Positions 29,396 through 38,982 of a stretch of DNA of 64,000 bases are shown piece after piece. The position numbers were made by a program, and so were the translations under genes. Source of the stretch: Chloroflexota bacterium. Its GTDB lineage: Bacteria; Chloroflexota; Dehalococcoidia; UBA6926. The notes beneath the pieces are model-generated. The model was not told the origin of the DNA and did not search any database. It saw nothing but the letters and a program-made list of their open reading frames with translations. Location: positions 4,085-68,084 of the forward strand of contig JAPOOK010000003.1 of the NCBI GenBank assembly GCA_026713485.1. Reading direction: 5' to 3'. Positions within the stretch are counted from its first letter, which is position 1. Every line of letters starts with the position of its first letter.

Positions 29396-29543
29396 TCGAT
29401 TCACCTCCCTGGGTGTGCTGTCAGAGCCGTATTCAATGGACGAAAGATAAGAACACCCGTACTTATCCCGCAACTCTATGTGGCACATTCATATGTCCTG
29501 TCGTGTTGCCGTCATCACATATGGGGAGTACCCTTTTCCCTAT

Positions 29544-30887
29544 ATGCAGGACTTAATGCCGGTAATGGGTGTGCTTGCCGGGGCGTTGCTTATCGCCGTA
29601 GCAGTGCTGGAATGGCGCATGAAATTCTTTAGCAACCTCTTTCGCGGAATGTCTGAGCCCGGCAGGAACGAATCGCCGCCGGACACAGCTGTTGCTGACG
29701 TTGCCGATTCCGAGGAAGTTCATGCGGAGGTGGAGCAGGACTTCTGGCGTAGCTTTGAGCGGCAGATTGCCTCTGCCGAGCGGCGCGGGGACAACGAGGA
29801 AGCTGAGCGCCTCCGCCGGATGTATGAATCGCATGAAGAGGCATGGCGCGCCCAGCGGGCGCTAAGGAGCCGAGCCCCTTCTTCGCGGGATGCCGCCTCG
29901 CCAAATGCGTTGCAGGCGCACCTGCGACCGGAGGTGCGTCTCTTGCTGGAGCGTTCTGAAGTTCTCGAAACTTTCTCGGCGCAGGACTGGGTGTTCCGTG
30001 GCAACGCCTACCTCGCTATTGGCGAGGATGACCGAGCGGCGGCCGCATACAGGCAGGCGCTGCGGGAACTGCCGGAAGACCCCCAGATTCGTTTGCTATA
30101 CGCCGTCTCGTTGCAGCGGGACGGTGAATTACGCGAATCCCTTCAGATTTATGATGCGTTGGCGTCCGCGAGCGGGGAAAACGAACCGGCGATCCTGGCC
30201 GGCCGTGGTAACGTCCTTGCTGAGATGGACAGATTTGAAGATGCCATTCGGGACTTCGATTCCGTGTTGCGCATCAACGGACAGGACGGCGACACAATCT
30301 ATGACCGCGCTCGGGCCCTATCTGATTCCGGCCGGCTTGATGATGCCATCGTCGGCTTTGAGAGCGCCCGAACATACCTGTCCGACAACCCCGATCTGCA
30401 CAACGATCTCGGCAACGCGCTTGCCCTCGTGGGTCGCAATGACGAGGCCCTGCAGTCCTATGATCGGGCCATCAACCTTCGCCCTGCCTTTGCCCGCGCC
30501 CACTACAACCGTGGCGTTACCTACTCCCGCATGGGGCAGTTTGAAGACGCGGCAGACGCCTTTGAGCGTTGCCTGCGTCTTCGGTTAGACATCCCGGAAG
30601 CACACTACGGTCGGGGTGTCGCCCTTGCACGACTCGAACAGTTTCGAGATGCCGTTGCCGCATTCGACCGCGCGGTCGTCTTGCGCCCCGGCTTTGCGGA
30701 CGCTCTCTTCCACAAGGCCAGGGCACAAAGCCGACTTGGCCAGACGACAGAGGCATTTGAAGCTCTGCGACAGGCGGTGACTGCCTCTCCCCCTTTGCGT
30801 GTACAAGCCAGGACGGAAACGGACTTTGGCGCGTTGTACTCGGACCCGGACATCGCGTCACGGTTTGAACAACTGATTGCATCGTGA
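29544..30887 (+). CDS. Membrane-anchored TPR-repeat protein
   Basis: N-terminal TM helix, coiled region, many TPRs (GNALALVG..EALQSYDRAINLRP), C-terminal ARTETDFGALYSDP cap; start uncertain (29478-29566). Confidence 0.85.
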   Translation: MQDLMPVMGVLAGALLIAVAVLEWRMKFFSNLFRGMSEPGRNESPPDTAVADVADSEEVHAEVEQDFWRSFERQIASAERRGDNEEAERLRRMYESHEEAWRAQRALRSRAPSSRDAASPNALQAHLRPEVRLLLERSEVLETFSAQDWVFRGNAYLAIGEDDRAAAAYRQALRELPEDPQIRLLYAVSLQRDGELRESLQIYDALASASGENEPAILAGRGNVLAEMDRFEDAIRDFDSVLRINGQDGDTIYDRARALSDSGRLDDAIVGFESARTYLSDNPDLHNDLGNALALVGRNDEALQSYDRAINLRPAFARAHYNRGVTYSRMGQFEDAADAFERCLRLRLDIPEAHYGRGVALARLEQFRDAVAAFDRAVVLRPGFADALFHKARAQSRLGQTTEAFEALRQAVTASPPLRVQARTETDFGALYSDPDIASRFEQLIAS

Positions 30888-31531
30888 AGACGCTTGCCGT
30901 CAGCATCGTCGTGGTGCTCATCTCGACGGTTCTTGGCATCCTGCACCTTGTCGGCCTGATCACAATCCCCTTTTCAGACATCGGCAGCGGCATCGTGACG
31001 GGCTTTATCCCGGTAGCCATCACACTCGTCGCGTTCACAGCCCTGGTCATACTGGCGCTCACCCTCCGCAACCAGGCGGAACTGCGAAACAGGGAGCTTG
31101 AATACGAGGAGGCTGCAGCCGAGGTTGACGCCGTGCGCCGACAAGGGGAGTTGGTCAACGCCATCCGCCTGCGTCTTTCTGCGGACACGGAGGATAGTGA
31201 AGAGGAACGACAGGAACTGGCCGCAGAGTTGGTGACCGCCGCAGAGCGCTACCACACCGTCCTTCGCGGATTCATCCGCGCCCGCCCGGAGATTGCTCGC
31301 ATTGAACGGGACGCCATTGCGTCCTATCTGGCCGAGGCGGAAGCTGAGCTGCGGCGCCTCCGCGCGGATAGCTCCGCGGCATTTGAGGACATCCCGATTG
31401 TCTCTCCATTCACCGTTCCGGACTCTCCAACCCAAGGGCCTGGACCAATTGATGGTGATGCCTCGCCCCCCGGTAACTCCATTGGCGATGTCCTATCGGA
31501 AGGCGCAGACAACGGGAGACGGCGAGCGTGA
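30884..31531 (+). CDS. Two-TM membrane protein with coiled coil
   Basis: Two hydrophobic helices then an Ala/Glu/Arg helical region; GTGA overlaps with both neighbours. Confidence 0.75.
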   Translation: MKTLAVSIVVVLISTVLGILHLVGLITIPFSDIGSGIVTGFIPVAITLVAFTALVILALTLRNQAELRNRELEYEEAAAEVDAVRRQGELVNAIRLRLSADTEDSEEERQELAAELVTAAERYHTVLRGFIRARPEIARIERDAIASYLAEAEAELRRLRADSSAAFEDIPIVSPFTVPDSPTQGPGPIDGDASPPGNSIGDVLSEGADNGRRRA

Positions 31532-33300
31532 GCCTGCCGCCCCTCCTCGATCTCCGGGGCACCGCCATTGAACTCCTTGACATGCCCCCGGACTGGCCAC
31601 GCGGCGATGACTGGATCGATGCCGACATCCTCGCCTCCCGCCTACCTGACGCCGCCGAGCAGATCGGTATCCTCCTGTACCATCTCCTCGAACAGGCTTC
31701 TGATGACAAGAACACATCGGACTGGCTCCTTGAGGGACGCGCGTGGGCAAGCACCGGCGATTGGCTTCGTGCCCTCGTCGCCTATGAATACGCGCTTGAT
31801 GGAGCAACCGACAAGCAGGCCCCGGATATCTGGTATCTGCGCGGACTGGCGCTCATGCGACAGTGGCAGTTCGATGCGGCCGTTGAATCGTTCGATTTTG
31901 CGCGCCAGAATCGCAAGATCATCGGCAAAGTGTTCTATGCAAGCGGCGTGTCCCTCTTGGCGCTGGCCAGACCGCAGGATGCCCTACGCGCATTCGATAG
32001 GGTCATCGCCGCTGACTCAGACAACGTGGCCGCCATCACAGGACGCGCCGCGGCGCTGGCGGAACTGAGTCGATTTGACGATGCTCTACTGGCCATGGAG
32101 AGTATTCTGCGGCTTGGCTCTGACCATCCCGCTCGCGTCCTCAACAACCGCGGCAACGCACTCGTCCGGCTGCGTCGTATCGAGCCTGCCTTCGCCAGCT
32201 ATCGACGTGCGATTGAAATCGATCCGAACCTGATCGAGCCGAAGGTCAACTCCGGCAACGTCTTCATGCTGGCCGGCCAGCCTCAGCAAGCGCTGACATC
32301 GTTCCAGGAGGCGCTGCACGATCATGAACCCCTGCCTGGGTTGCACGCGAACGTTGCCGCCGCCCTGACGGAGCTGGAACGTTACGATGAGGCGATTGCG
32401 GCATGTGACCGCGCCATCGCCCTTGAGCCCGGCCACGCTCGCTCCCTGTCCACCAAGGGTCGAGCCCTGCTGGCCGTCGGCCGGGCTGAGGACGCCCTCG
32501 TTGCGCTGCAGGACGCCCTTCTCAGGCGACCTGATTACATCGAAGCGCTCGTCTATCGCGGCCTCGTCCTCAATCAGCTCGATCGGCTCGATGACGCACT
32601 CGGCACGTTCAACCTCGCGCTCCAATTGGCGGAACGACATCCGGACGCCCACCACGGACGTGGCATCGTCCTATACCGCAAGGACTTGCTGGGTGACGCG
32701 CTTAGCGAGTTTGAGCGCGCCGTGGCCATTGAGCCTCGCCACGCAGACGCGGAGAACAGCCGCGGCAACGCCTACATGGAGTTGCAGGACTATGCCGCGG
32801 CGCTGGAATCATACAACCGCGTCCTCACGTTGCGTCCTGATGACCCGGACGCGCTGAACAACCGTGGCAACGCGCTCGCGCAGATGCGCCGCACCATGGA
32901 GGCCATCGATTCATTTGATACCGCGCTCCGTGTCGACCCGAATCACGCTGATGCCCTCTACAACAGGGGCGTTGCCTTCGCCGACGTGGGGATGCTCACG
33001 CAGGCGCTCGACTCACTGAACGCATCGGTGCAGGCGCGCCCCGACGATTCCTCGGAGGCCCTGTTCTGGTACGCACGTGTGCTTGGGCGGCAGGGACGAG
33101 CGGAACTGGCACTGAACGCCCTGCGTGCTGCCGTCGCCTCCAACGAGGAAGTCAGGAGCTGGATCTGGGGCCAGGAAGATTTCGACTCACTAGAAAACGA
33201 TTCCCTCTGGGGCCGCCACTATCAGGCCCTGCTCAGAGGCCGCGAAACGCGGAGCACAACGGGCAACGGCCAACAAGACAACGGGACTAACGCGAAATAG
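31528..33300 (+). CDS. TPR-repeat protein
   Basis: More than ten TPRs (NNRGNAL, YNRGVAF); C-terminal IWGQEDFDSLEND cap. Confidence 0.88.
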   Translation: MSLPPLLDLRGTAIELLDMPPDWPRGDDWIDADILASRLPDAAEQIGILLYHLLEQASDDKNTSDWLLEGRAWASTGDWLRALVAYEYALDGATDKQAPDIWYLRGLALMRQWQFDAAVESFDFARQNRKIIGKVFYASGVSLLALARPQDALRAFDRVIAADSDNVAAITGRAAALAELSRFDDALLAMESILRLGSDHPARVLNNRGNALVRLRRIEPAFASYRRAIEIDPNLIEPKVNSGNVFMLAGQPQQALTSFQEALHDHEPLPGLHANVAAALTELERYDEAIAACDRAIALEPGHARSLSTKGRALLAVGRAEDALVALQDALLRRPDYIEALVYRGLVLNQLDRLDDALGTFNLALQLAERHPDAHHGRGIVLYRKDLLGDALSEFERAVAIEPRHADAENSRGNAYMELQDYAAALESYNRVLTLRPDDPDALNNRGNALAQMRRTMEAIDSFDTALRVDPNHADALYNRGVAFADVGMLTQALDSLNASVQARPDDSSEALFWYARVLGRQGRAELALNALRAAVASNEEVRSWIWGQEDFDSLENDSLWGRHYQALLRGRETRSTTGNGQQDNGTNAK

Positions 33301-33330
33301 CAGGTGCGTAGGATCTAGCCAGCTCCCCCA

Positions 33331-33483
33331 TCACCCCTCGCCGCGCCCACGTTCCAGGGCAACGCTAAGCGCGATTCCGATGGCCGTGCCCAACACAATC
33401 CCTACCCACAACGGCCCCACCGTCAGGCCGATGAACAACCCGACGCCAATCCCAATGACGATGCCGACAACGGTCAGCGCCAC
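33331..33483 (-). CDS. Small Gly-rich two-helix membrane protein
   Basis: VALTVVGIVIGIGVGLFIG...GIVLGTAIGIAL GxxxG zipper; GTG start 7 nt after TAAGGT -10-like element (alternative start 33522). Confidence 0.6.
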   Translation of the reverse strand: MALTVVGIVIGIGVGLFIGLTVGPLWVGIVLGTAIGIALSVALERGRGEG

Positions 33484-33540
33484 GCCGGCAACCTTAGAAG
33501 ACTCTGCCGGAGCGCATGGCAATGCGAGGAGAGAAGAACC

Positions 33541-34452
33541 CTATCCCCCGCTCTCCCGCGCCGCCGCCTCTTCCTCCGCCGTCCGGCCGTGGTAGCGAGC
33601 GTCGCGCTCATTGCGGAACGCCTCCCAGCCGCGGTCCTGCAGCACCTGCAGCCTCTCTCGAGTCTCATCGTCCTGCTGCGATGATGCCCACAGATCGGCA
33701 AAGGCCTCGTCATCGCGATAGTTGAGCGCCGTGCGGAACCCGCCAACCTCATACGAGCGGTTGATCAGCATCTTGTTCATCCGCACCGTCGCCGCAGGCA
33801 GTGCCGCGAGCCTCCGCGCGATGTCCATCGCCGTGTCCATCACCTTGTCCGCAGGCGCGACGCGATTCACCAACCCCATGGATAAGGCCTCCTGCGCGTC
33901 GACCATATCCCCCAGCAGCAGGATCTCCTTCGCGCGCTTGAGTGTCACCACGTACGGCGTCATCAACACCGGCGGGCCGTAGCCGTGCCGAATCTGGATC
34001 TCGCCCACCTTCGCGTCTTCCGCCAGCACTGTGAAATCGCACACGCCGGCCAACTCGAATGCCAGCCCGATGGCGTAACCGTGCACTGCGGCGATGACCG
34101 GTTTGCCCAGTTCCCATACCGTGATGTGCGCCGCGCCGGGCGTCGCGCGCTCCAATGAATCATCGTTGGCCAGGATGCGGCGGGACGACTCTGTAATATC
34201 GCCGCCCGCGGAGAACGCGCGACCCGCGCCGCGAATAATCACTGCGCGCACGGCATCGTCCGCGTCCGCCTGTGCGAGGGCCTCTTTCAGCGCCTGCGTC
34301 AACGCGCCGTTGATGGCATTCAGCACGCCGGGCCGATGCAGCGTCACGATGGCGATGCTGCCATCCTCTGCAGTTTCATACAGGACGGGCTGACCGCCGC
34401 TCTCATCATCAACAGGCTCCGGCGGGCCGCTCGGCCGATTTTCTTGTGTCAT
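33541..34452 (-). CDS. Enoyl-CoA hydratase/isomerase family protein
   Basis: LHRP..LNA, GAGRAFSAGGD, KPVIAAVHGYAIG, AQEAL.MGLVNRV. Confidence 0.9.
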   Translation of the reverse strand: MTQENRPSGPPEPVDDESGGQPVLYETAEDGSIAIVTLHRPGVLNAINGALTQALKEALAQADADDAVRAVIIRGAGRAFSAGGDITESSRRILANDDSLERATPGAAHITVWELGKPVIAAVHGYAIGLAFELAGVCDFTVLAEDAKVGEIQIRHGYGPPVLMTPYVVTLKRAKEILLLGDMVDAQEALSMGLVNRVAPADKVMDTAMDIARRLAALPAATVRMNKMLINRSYEVGGFRTALNYRDDEAFADLWASSQQDDETRERLQVLQDRGWEAFRNERDARYHGRTAEEEAAARESGG

Positions 34453-34462
34453 TATTTCCCCC

Positions 34463-34488
34463 GTCAATCCCGCGAAAGCGGGAATCCA
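34463..34488. repeat. dRS3/REP-like palindrome (family B)
   Basis: gtcaatcccgcgaaagcgggaatcca. Confidence 0.65.
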
Positions 34489-34524
34489 GATATGTTGGCG
34501 TGTCGCGATTGTAGCAGGGACGTG

Positions 34525-35076
34525 CTAATCCACGTTCCCACCAATCCCCTTCACGTCCACCGCAATACCCGCCACCAGCAAATTCACCTTGTCCGCCCGC
34601 GCTGCGAAGACTTGGTTCACCCGCCCGAGGGCATCCTGAAACGCGCGGCCCAACACCGTCGGAGGCACGACGCCTTGCCCCACCTCGTTCGTCACGACGA
34701 TCCATTCCGCATCAGAAGCCTCATAGGCCGCAAGCAGCCGCTCCGCCTCAGCAACTATGTGCTTCTCCACGTCCGCTTGCCCCTCCAAATCCAGGAGAAG
34801 GTTGCTGACCCAAAGCGTCAGGCAGTCGAGCAGCAGGGCGTCATGAGCAACGTCGATGCTCGCAATGGCCTCCGTGACAGCGCGAGGCTCTTCCAGTGTG
34901 TGCCAGGTAGTAGGGCGATTCCGCTTGTGGTTCTCGATGCGCCGCTGCATCTCATCGTCCAGCGCCTCCGCCGTCGCGACAAACAGAACCCGCTCATGCC
35001 GTCCGGTGAGCTTCTCCGCAAGAGCGCTCTTGCCCGAACGCGCTCCGCCGATGATGAGTGTCAGTCCCGCGCCCAT
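34525..35076 (-). CDS. cobU: Adenosylcobinamide kinase/cobinamide-phosphate guanylyltransferase
   Basis: GGARSGKS, DDEMQRRIENHK, LLDCLTLW, VTNEVG.GVVP. Confidence 0.95.
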   Translation of the reverse strand: MGAGLTLIIGGARSGKSALAEKLTGRHERVLFVATAEALDDEMQRRIENHKRNRPTTWHTLEEPRAVTEAIASIDVAHDALLLDCLTLWVSNLLLDLEGQADVEKHIVAEAERLLAAYEASDAEWIVVTNEVGQGVVPPTVLGRAFQDALGRVNQVFAARADKVNLLVAGIAVDVKGIGGNVD

Positions 35077-35085
35077 CACGTACCC

Positions 35086-35919
35086 CTATGGCGCATATGA
35101 ATCATCCCCGAAGCCAAGGTCGATGCCCTGTGCGAGCCATAGAGGTTCAAGCGGCAGAATATTCCCCAACACAATCAGTGACGCCGCCACGAGCATCGCC
35201 ATTGTCGCCAGCTCATTCACCGCGCCGTACACGTCTCCGGTCACGCCGCCGAGCCGACTTGTCGCGAATTGACCCACCACCAGTGCCACTGCGCCCGCCA
35301 CAATGAGCAGGACGACGCCCGTCGGCCCTGCTAGAACGACGGCCGCCACAGCCGCGATCACCGTCGCGATGAGCGTCTGTGCCCGCGTCCCGCCCTGCAA
35401 AAGCGCCGAACCAAGCCCGCCCTCACTCCGCGCATACGGAAACGCCGACATCGTCACCACCATCGCCCACCGCGAGAGGCAGGGGATGATTAGCAGCGCC
35501 CAAAAACGCCCCGGTGGCCAGAGAGAGACGATGGCGGCAAAGCTGATCAGATAGAGGCACAGTACACCCGCCACAGCGAACGATCCGACCCTCGGATCCC
35601 GCATGATCTCCAGCCGCCGCTCGGGATTCGCGCCGCCAAATAGCCCGTCGCACGTGTCCATGAATCCGTCCAGATGGAGCCCCCGCGTGATGACTACAAG
35701 AAAGACAATCAACAGCGCCGCGAGCAGCAGGGAAGGGAATCCGGCGCCTGTCAGCGTCCAGAACCCCTCACGCAGGACGTAATCAAAGCCCGTCAGCAGC
35801 CCGCCGATGCCGAGCCCAACCACGGGAAACCACATACGCGACCACGCGAGCGAACCCTCGCCCACACGTGGCATCGGGACGATCGTGAGAAACCCAATGG
35901 CGGCGAAGAGTCCCCTCAT
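35086..35919 (-). CDS. cobS: Adenosylcobinamide-GDP ribazoletransferase (cobalamin synthase)
   Basis: FLT, GLHLDGFMDTCDG, LEIMRDPRVG, GGVTGDVYGA..E. Confidence 0.95.
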   Translation of the reverse strand: MRGLFAAIGFLTIVPMPRVGEGSLAWSRMWFPVVGLGIGGLLTGFDYVLREGFWTLTGAGFPSLLLAALLIVFLVVITRGLHLDGFMDTCDGLFGGANPERRLEIMRDPRVGSFAVAGVLCLYLISFAAIVSLWPPGRFWALLIIPCLSRWAMVVTMSAFPYARSEGGLGSALLQGGTRAQTLIATVIAAVAAVVLAGPTGVVLLIVAGAVALVVGQFATSRLGGVTGDVYGAVNELATMAMLVAASLIVLGNILPLEPLWLAQGIDLGFGDDSYAP

Positions 35920-36992
35920 GGCTCGTCCGCCGGCCCGGACACCCCCGCCTCATCGAAAGTTGCCATATCCGACAGCGTGGCGGCTGCCGCCACGATTATC
36001 GGCATAGCAAGCGCCGCGCCCGTTCCCTCACCCAGCCGCATATACAAATCAAGTAGAGGCGTCAGTCCGAGATGCTCGAGCGCGACGCGGTGCCCCCGCT
36101 CGGCGGACAGGTGAGCAGCAATCATATAGTCCCGTGCCGACGGAGCGATGGCATTGGCTATGAGCGCCGCCGCCCCTGAAATAAACCCGTCCAGCACAAC
36201 CGGCCTCCCATACGCCGCCGCCCCAATCACCACCCCCGCCAACACACCAATCTCAAACCCGCCCACTCCAGCCAGAACCGCGAGGCCGTCCGCAGGATCC
36301 GGCTTATTGACCTCAAGCGCCGTCTGGATAACCACTACCTTGTGCTCAAGTCCCGCCGCGGGACGCCCCGCACCTTCACCTGCCGTCTCCTCCGGCAGCA
36401 GGCCGGTGATAGCTGAAGTGATGGCCGCGGACGCCGTCGTGTTGCCGATGCCCATGTCGCCCGTGCCGATGAGGTCGGCACCGGACTCCACGCATTCCTG
36501 CGCAAGGCCAATACCCGCTTCAACGCACGCCAGTGCCTGCTCACGAGTCATAGCTGGACCCTGAGACATATCTGCGGTGCCACGCCCGATGCCAAGCGTC
36601 CTCAGGTCAGGGTGGGGCGGCAACTCCGTCGCGACACCCGCATCGACGATGACCTGCCGGATGCCCAACTGCCGACACATCACATTGATAGCCGCGCCGC
36701 CCGACAAGAAATTGAGAACCATCTGCGCCGTCACGTCCTGCGGGTAAGCGGTCACCCCCTGCGCCACGACGCCATGATCCGCCGCCGCAATGAGAATTGC
36801 CTTATCCCGAATCCGCGGCTGTTCTGTCCGCAGCATCCCCGCAAGCCGTATGGACAACTCTTCTAACTGCCCGAGACTCCCCGGCGGCTTGGTTAGGGTG
36901 GCCTGCCGCGCCGCCGCCCGGCTCATCGCCTCCGCGTCCGCGGGGCGAATCTCGGCAACCGCTTGCTCAAGGGACAGGGCAGGGCGCGTCAT
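35916..36992 (-). CDS. cobT: Nicotinate-nucleotide-dimethylbenzimidazole phosphoribosyltransferase
   Basis: TKPPGSLGQLE, AADHGV, GDMGIGNTT, LDGFI, RLGEGTGA. Confidence 0.96.
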   Translation of the reverse strand: MTRPALSLEQAVAEIRPADAEAMSRAAARQATLTKPPGSLGQLEELSIRLAGMLRTEQPRIRDKAILIAAADHGVVAQGVTAYPQDVTAQMVLNFLSGGAAINVMCRQLGIRQVIVDAGVATELPPHPDLRTLGIGRGTADMSQGPAMTREQALACVEAGIGLAQECVESGADLIGTGDMGIGNTTASAAITSAITGLLPEETAGEGAGRPAAGLEHKVVVIQTALEVNKPDPADGLAVLAGVGGFEIGVLAGVVIGAAAYGRPVVLDGFISGAAALIANAIAPSARDYMIAAHLSAERGHRVALEHLGLTPLLDLYMRLGEGTGAALAMPIIVAAAATLSDMATFDEAGVSGPADEP

Positions 36993-36995
36993 TGC

Positions 36996-37583
36996 TCAGA
37001 ACTCGATGCCCGGCTGAGCGCGGATGCCCTGCTCATTGAACGGATGCTTGATCTCCCGCATCTCCGTCACCAGGTCGGCGTACTCAACCAATTCGTCCGG
37101 CGCATTCCGCCCCGTGATGATCACGTGCATCATCTCCGGCCGCTGTTTCAGAACGTCGATCACGCCGTTGACGTCTATCCACCCGTACGCCAGCGGGTAC
37201 GTGAACTCATCGAGGATGATTAACTCTCGTTCGCCTGCGAGAATCGCATTGCTTGCTTCGTCCCATTGCGCTCTCGCCATGTCCGCAGACGCGTCGATAT
37301 CCTTGCTCAGCCACGTGAAGCCGTCGCCCATCGCGCTCCAGGGGATGTCCAGCTTGTCCGCCGCGCGACTCTCTCCGAAACGTGAGCCGGTGTGCTTGAT
37401 GAACTGGAACACCTCGGCATTCATGCCGCGCCCCCACGAGCGAAACAACACGCCAAGCGCGGCCGTCGTCTTACCCTTCCCATCGCCCGTATTCACGATG
37501 ACAAGGCCCTTGCGGTTCGCAGAGCTCCCCCGCCGCGCTCCTCGCTGGGGTGCCTGCGTAGGATCGGCGTCCTGTTCTGTCAT
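36996..37583 (-). CDS. cobO: Cob(I)yrinic acid a,c-diamide adenosyltransferase (CobO/BtuR)
   Basis: NTGDGKGKTTAALG, QFIK, ILDE, ITGR, ADLVTEM..KHP, GIEF. Confidence 0.93.
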   Translation of the reverse strand: MTEQDADPTQAPQRGARRGSSANRKGLVIVNTGDGKGKTTAALGVLFRSWGRGMNAEVFQFIKHTGSRFGESRAADKLDIPWSAMGDGFTWLSKDIDASADMARAQWDEASNAILAGERELIILDEFTYPLAYGWIDVNGVIDVLKQRPEMMHVIITGRNAPDELVEYADLVTEMREIKHPFNEQGIRAQPGIEF

Positions 37584-37808
37584 TCCCTCCCCCGTCATCC
37601 GCGCGCCCTTCCTGCAAGCGCACCAGTAGGATACCCCTCTCCGCGCATTGAACACGCATAGCCGGAACGCGATGTGCCGAGGTCTCGGACAATCCAACTC
37701 CGATCGCGAACTCCGAAAAACCTTGCGCCCCCGCCGTCAATACGCCACTATTTCCCTGTCTGACGTGATTGAGCCCACGTCACCAGAAAAAGGGGTAAGG
37801 AGAAGACG

Positions 37809-38900
37809 ATGACATCAAACAACGACTCAGAATTTGAATGGGGCCCAACGCGGGAATTCGTCGGCAAGGACATCATGCTCGAGCCAAAGACCGGCATTGA
37901 TGCTGTTGAGCAGAGCGGGATCCGGCGACAGATGGAAGTGCTCGAGTTCGACTGCCCGTTGCACTTCGATGAGGCCGTTGCCCGCAAGTACGGCTACGAT
38001 GGCATCTTTGCGCCTGCGCACATGATTCAGGTCTTCCAGCAGGGGTCCATGTGGGAGCCGGGGATGGGGTCAATCTGGCCGACCGATGACCCGCATTATT
38101 CCAACTCAGGAACGGGCCGCGCGGGCAAGACCCTGCAGGTTCCCTCGCCCGGCACCGCCGGCTTCGTCACGGACCTTGAGGTAGAGACACTCAAGCCGCT
38201 GTACATCGGCGATCGCGTCTCGCAAGTCTCCCAAGTACTTCTTGACGTCAACCCGCGCAAGACACGAGTCGGCGACGGCGCATTCCTGCGATACGAGTAC
38301 AAGTGGGAGAACCAGGGCGGCGACTCCGTTGGCCGACAGATAATGGTCAGCTACACTTATGTCCCCAATCCCCAGGCCGGCGCTGCCGCAGCTGCGGCAG
38401 GTGGTGATGGTGAGAAACCCGCACGTGTCATCGAACCCCGCGCGAATCCGACAATCGACTGGGATTTTCAGCGCTACTGGGAGGACGTGAACGAGGGCGA
38501 TGAAGTCCCCGCCGTCCACTATCCGCTGACAGTGCAGCGCATGGTCATGGCCGCGGGCGCGAATCGCGACTTCAACGCCATCCACCACAACACCCATGTG
38601 GCCCAGGAGGGCGGCGCGGCGGACATGTACGCCATGAACTACTTCCACAACGGCATGTGGGAGCGCGTCGCGAGAGAGTTCATTGGTCTTGGCGGCAAGA
38701 TCAAGCAGATCGGCTCATTCCGCATGCGCGTATTCAGCACCGTCGGCGATACCGTCGTCACGGGCGGCACTGTCAAGCGCAAGTGGCAGGAGAACGGTGA
38801 GAACCTTGTCGAGCTGGAGTTGACCTCGGTGCTGTCCACCAACGGCAACACCTCCGTCGGCCCCGGCCCCGTCATCGCCACCATGCCAAGCAAGGGCTAA
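37809..38900 (+). CDS. Double-hotdog MaoC-family dehydratase
   Basis: PLHFDEAVAR..YDGIFAP and PLYIGD in the first domain; RYWEDV.EGD and AAGANRDFNAIHH hydratase-2 motif in the second. Confidence 0.8.
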   Translation: MTSNNDSEFEWGPTREFVGKDIMLEPKTGIDAVEQSGIRRQMEVLEFDCPLHFDEAVARKYGYDGIFAPAHMIQVFQQGSMWEPGMGSIWPTDDPHYSNSGTGRAGKTLQVPSPGTAGFVTDLEVETLKPLYIGDRVSQVSQVLLDVNPRKTRVGDGAFLRYEYKWENQGGDSVGRQIMVSYTYVPNPQAGAAAAAAGGDGEKPARVIEPRANPTIDWDFQRYWEDVNEGDEVPAVHYPLTVQRMVMAAGANRDFNAIHHNTHVAQEGGAADMYAMNYFHNGMWERVAREFIGLGGKIKQIGSFRMRVFSTVGDTVVTGGTVKRKWQENGENLVELELTSVLSTNGNTSVGPGPVIATMPSKG

Positions 38901-38942
38901 TCGACGACCAACCACATAGTCCCGACAAAGCAGCAAGAAAGC

Positions 38943-38982
38943 AGCCCCCGCCCTCCATAGAGAGGGCGGGGGCGCTTGTTTA
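38943..38982. terminator. Probable bidirectional intrinsic terminator
   Basis: gcccccgccctc-cataga-gagggcgggggc stem between convergent genes, followed by TTGTTT. Confidence 0.65.

Noticed and set aside
25527-33300. Complete or inducible prophage
   Set aside because: No integrase, att repeats, terminase, portal, replication or lysis genes recognised
37600-37800. Cobalamin riboswitch upstream of cobO
   Set aside because: Conserved GGGAA, GCCACTG and B12-box elements not found by eye
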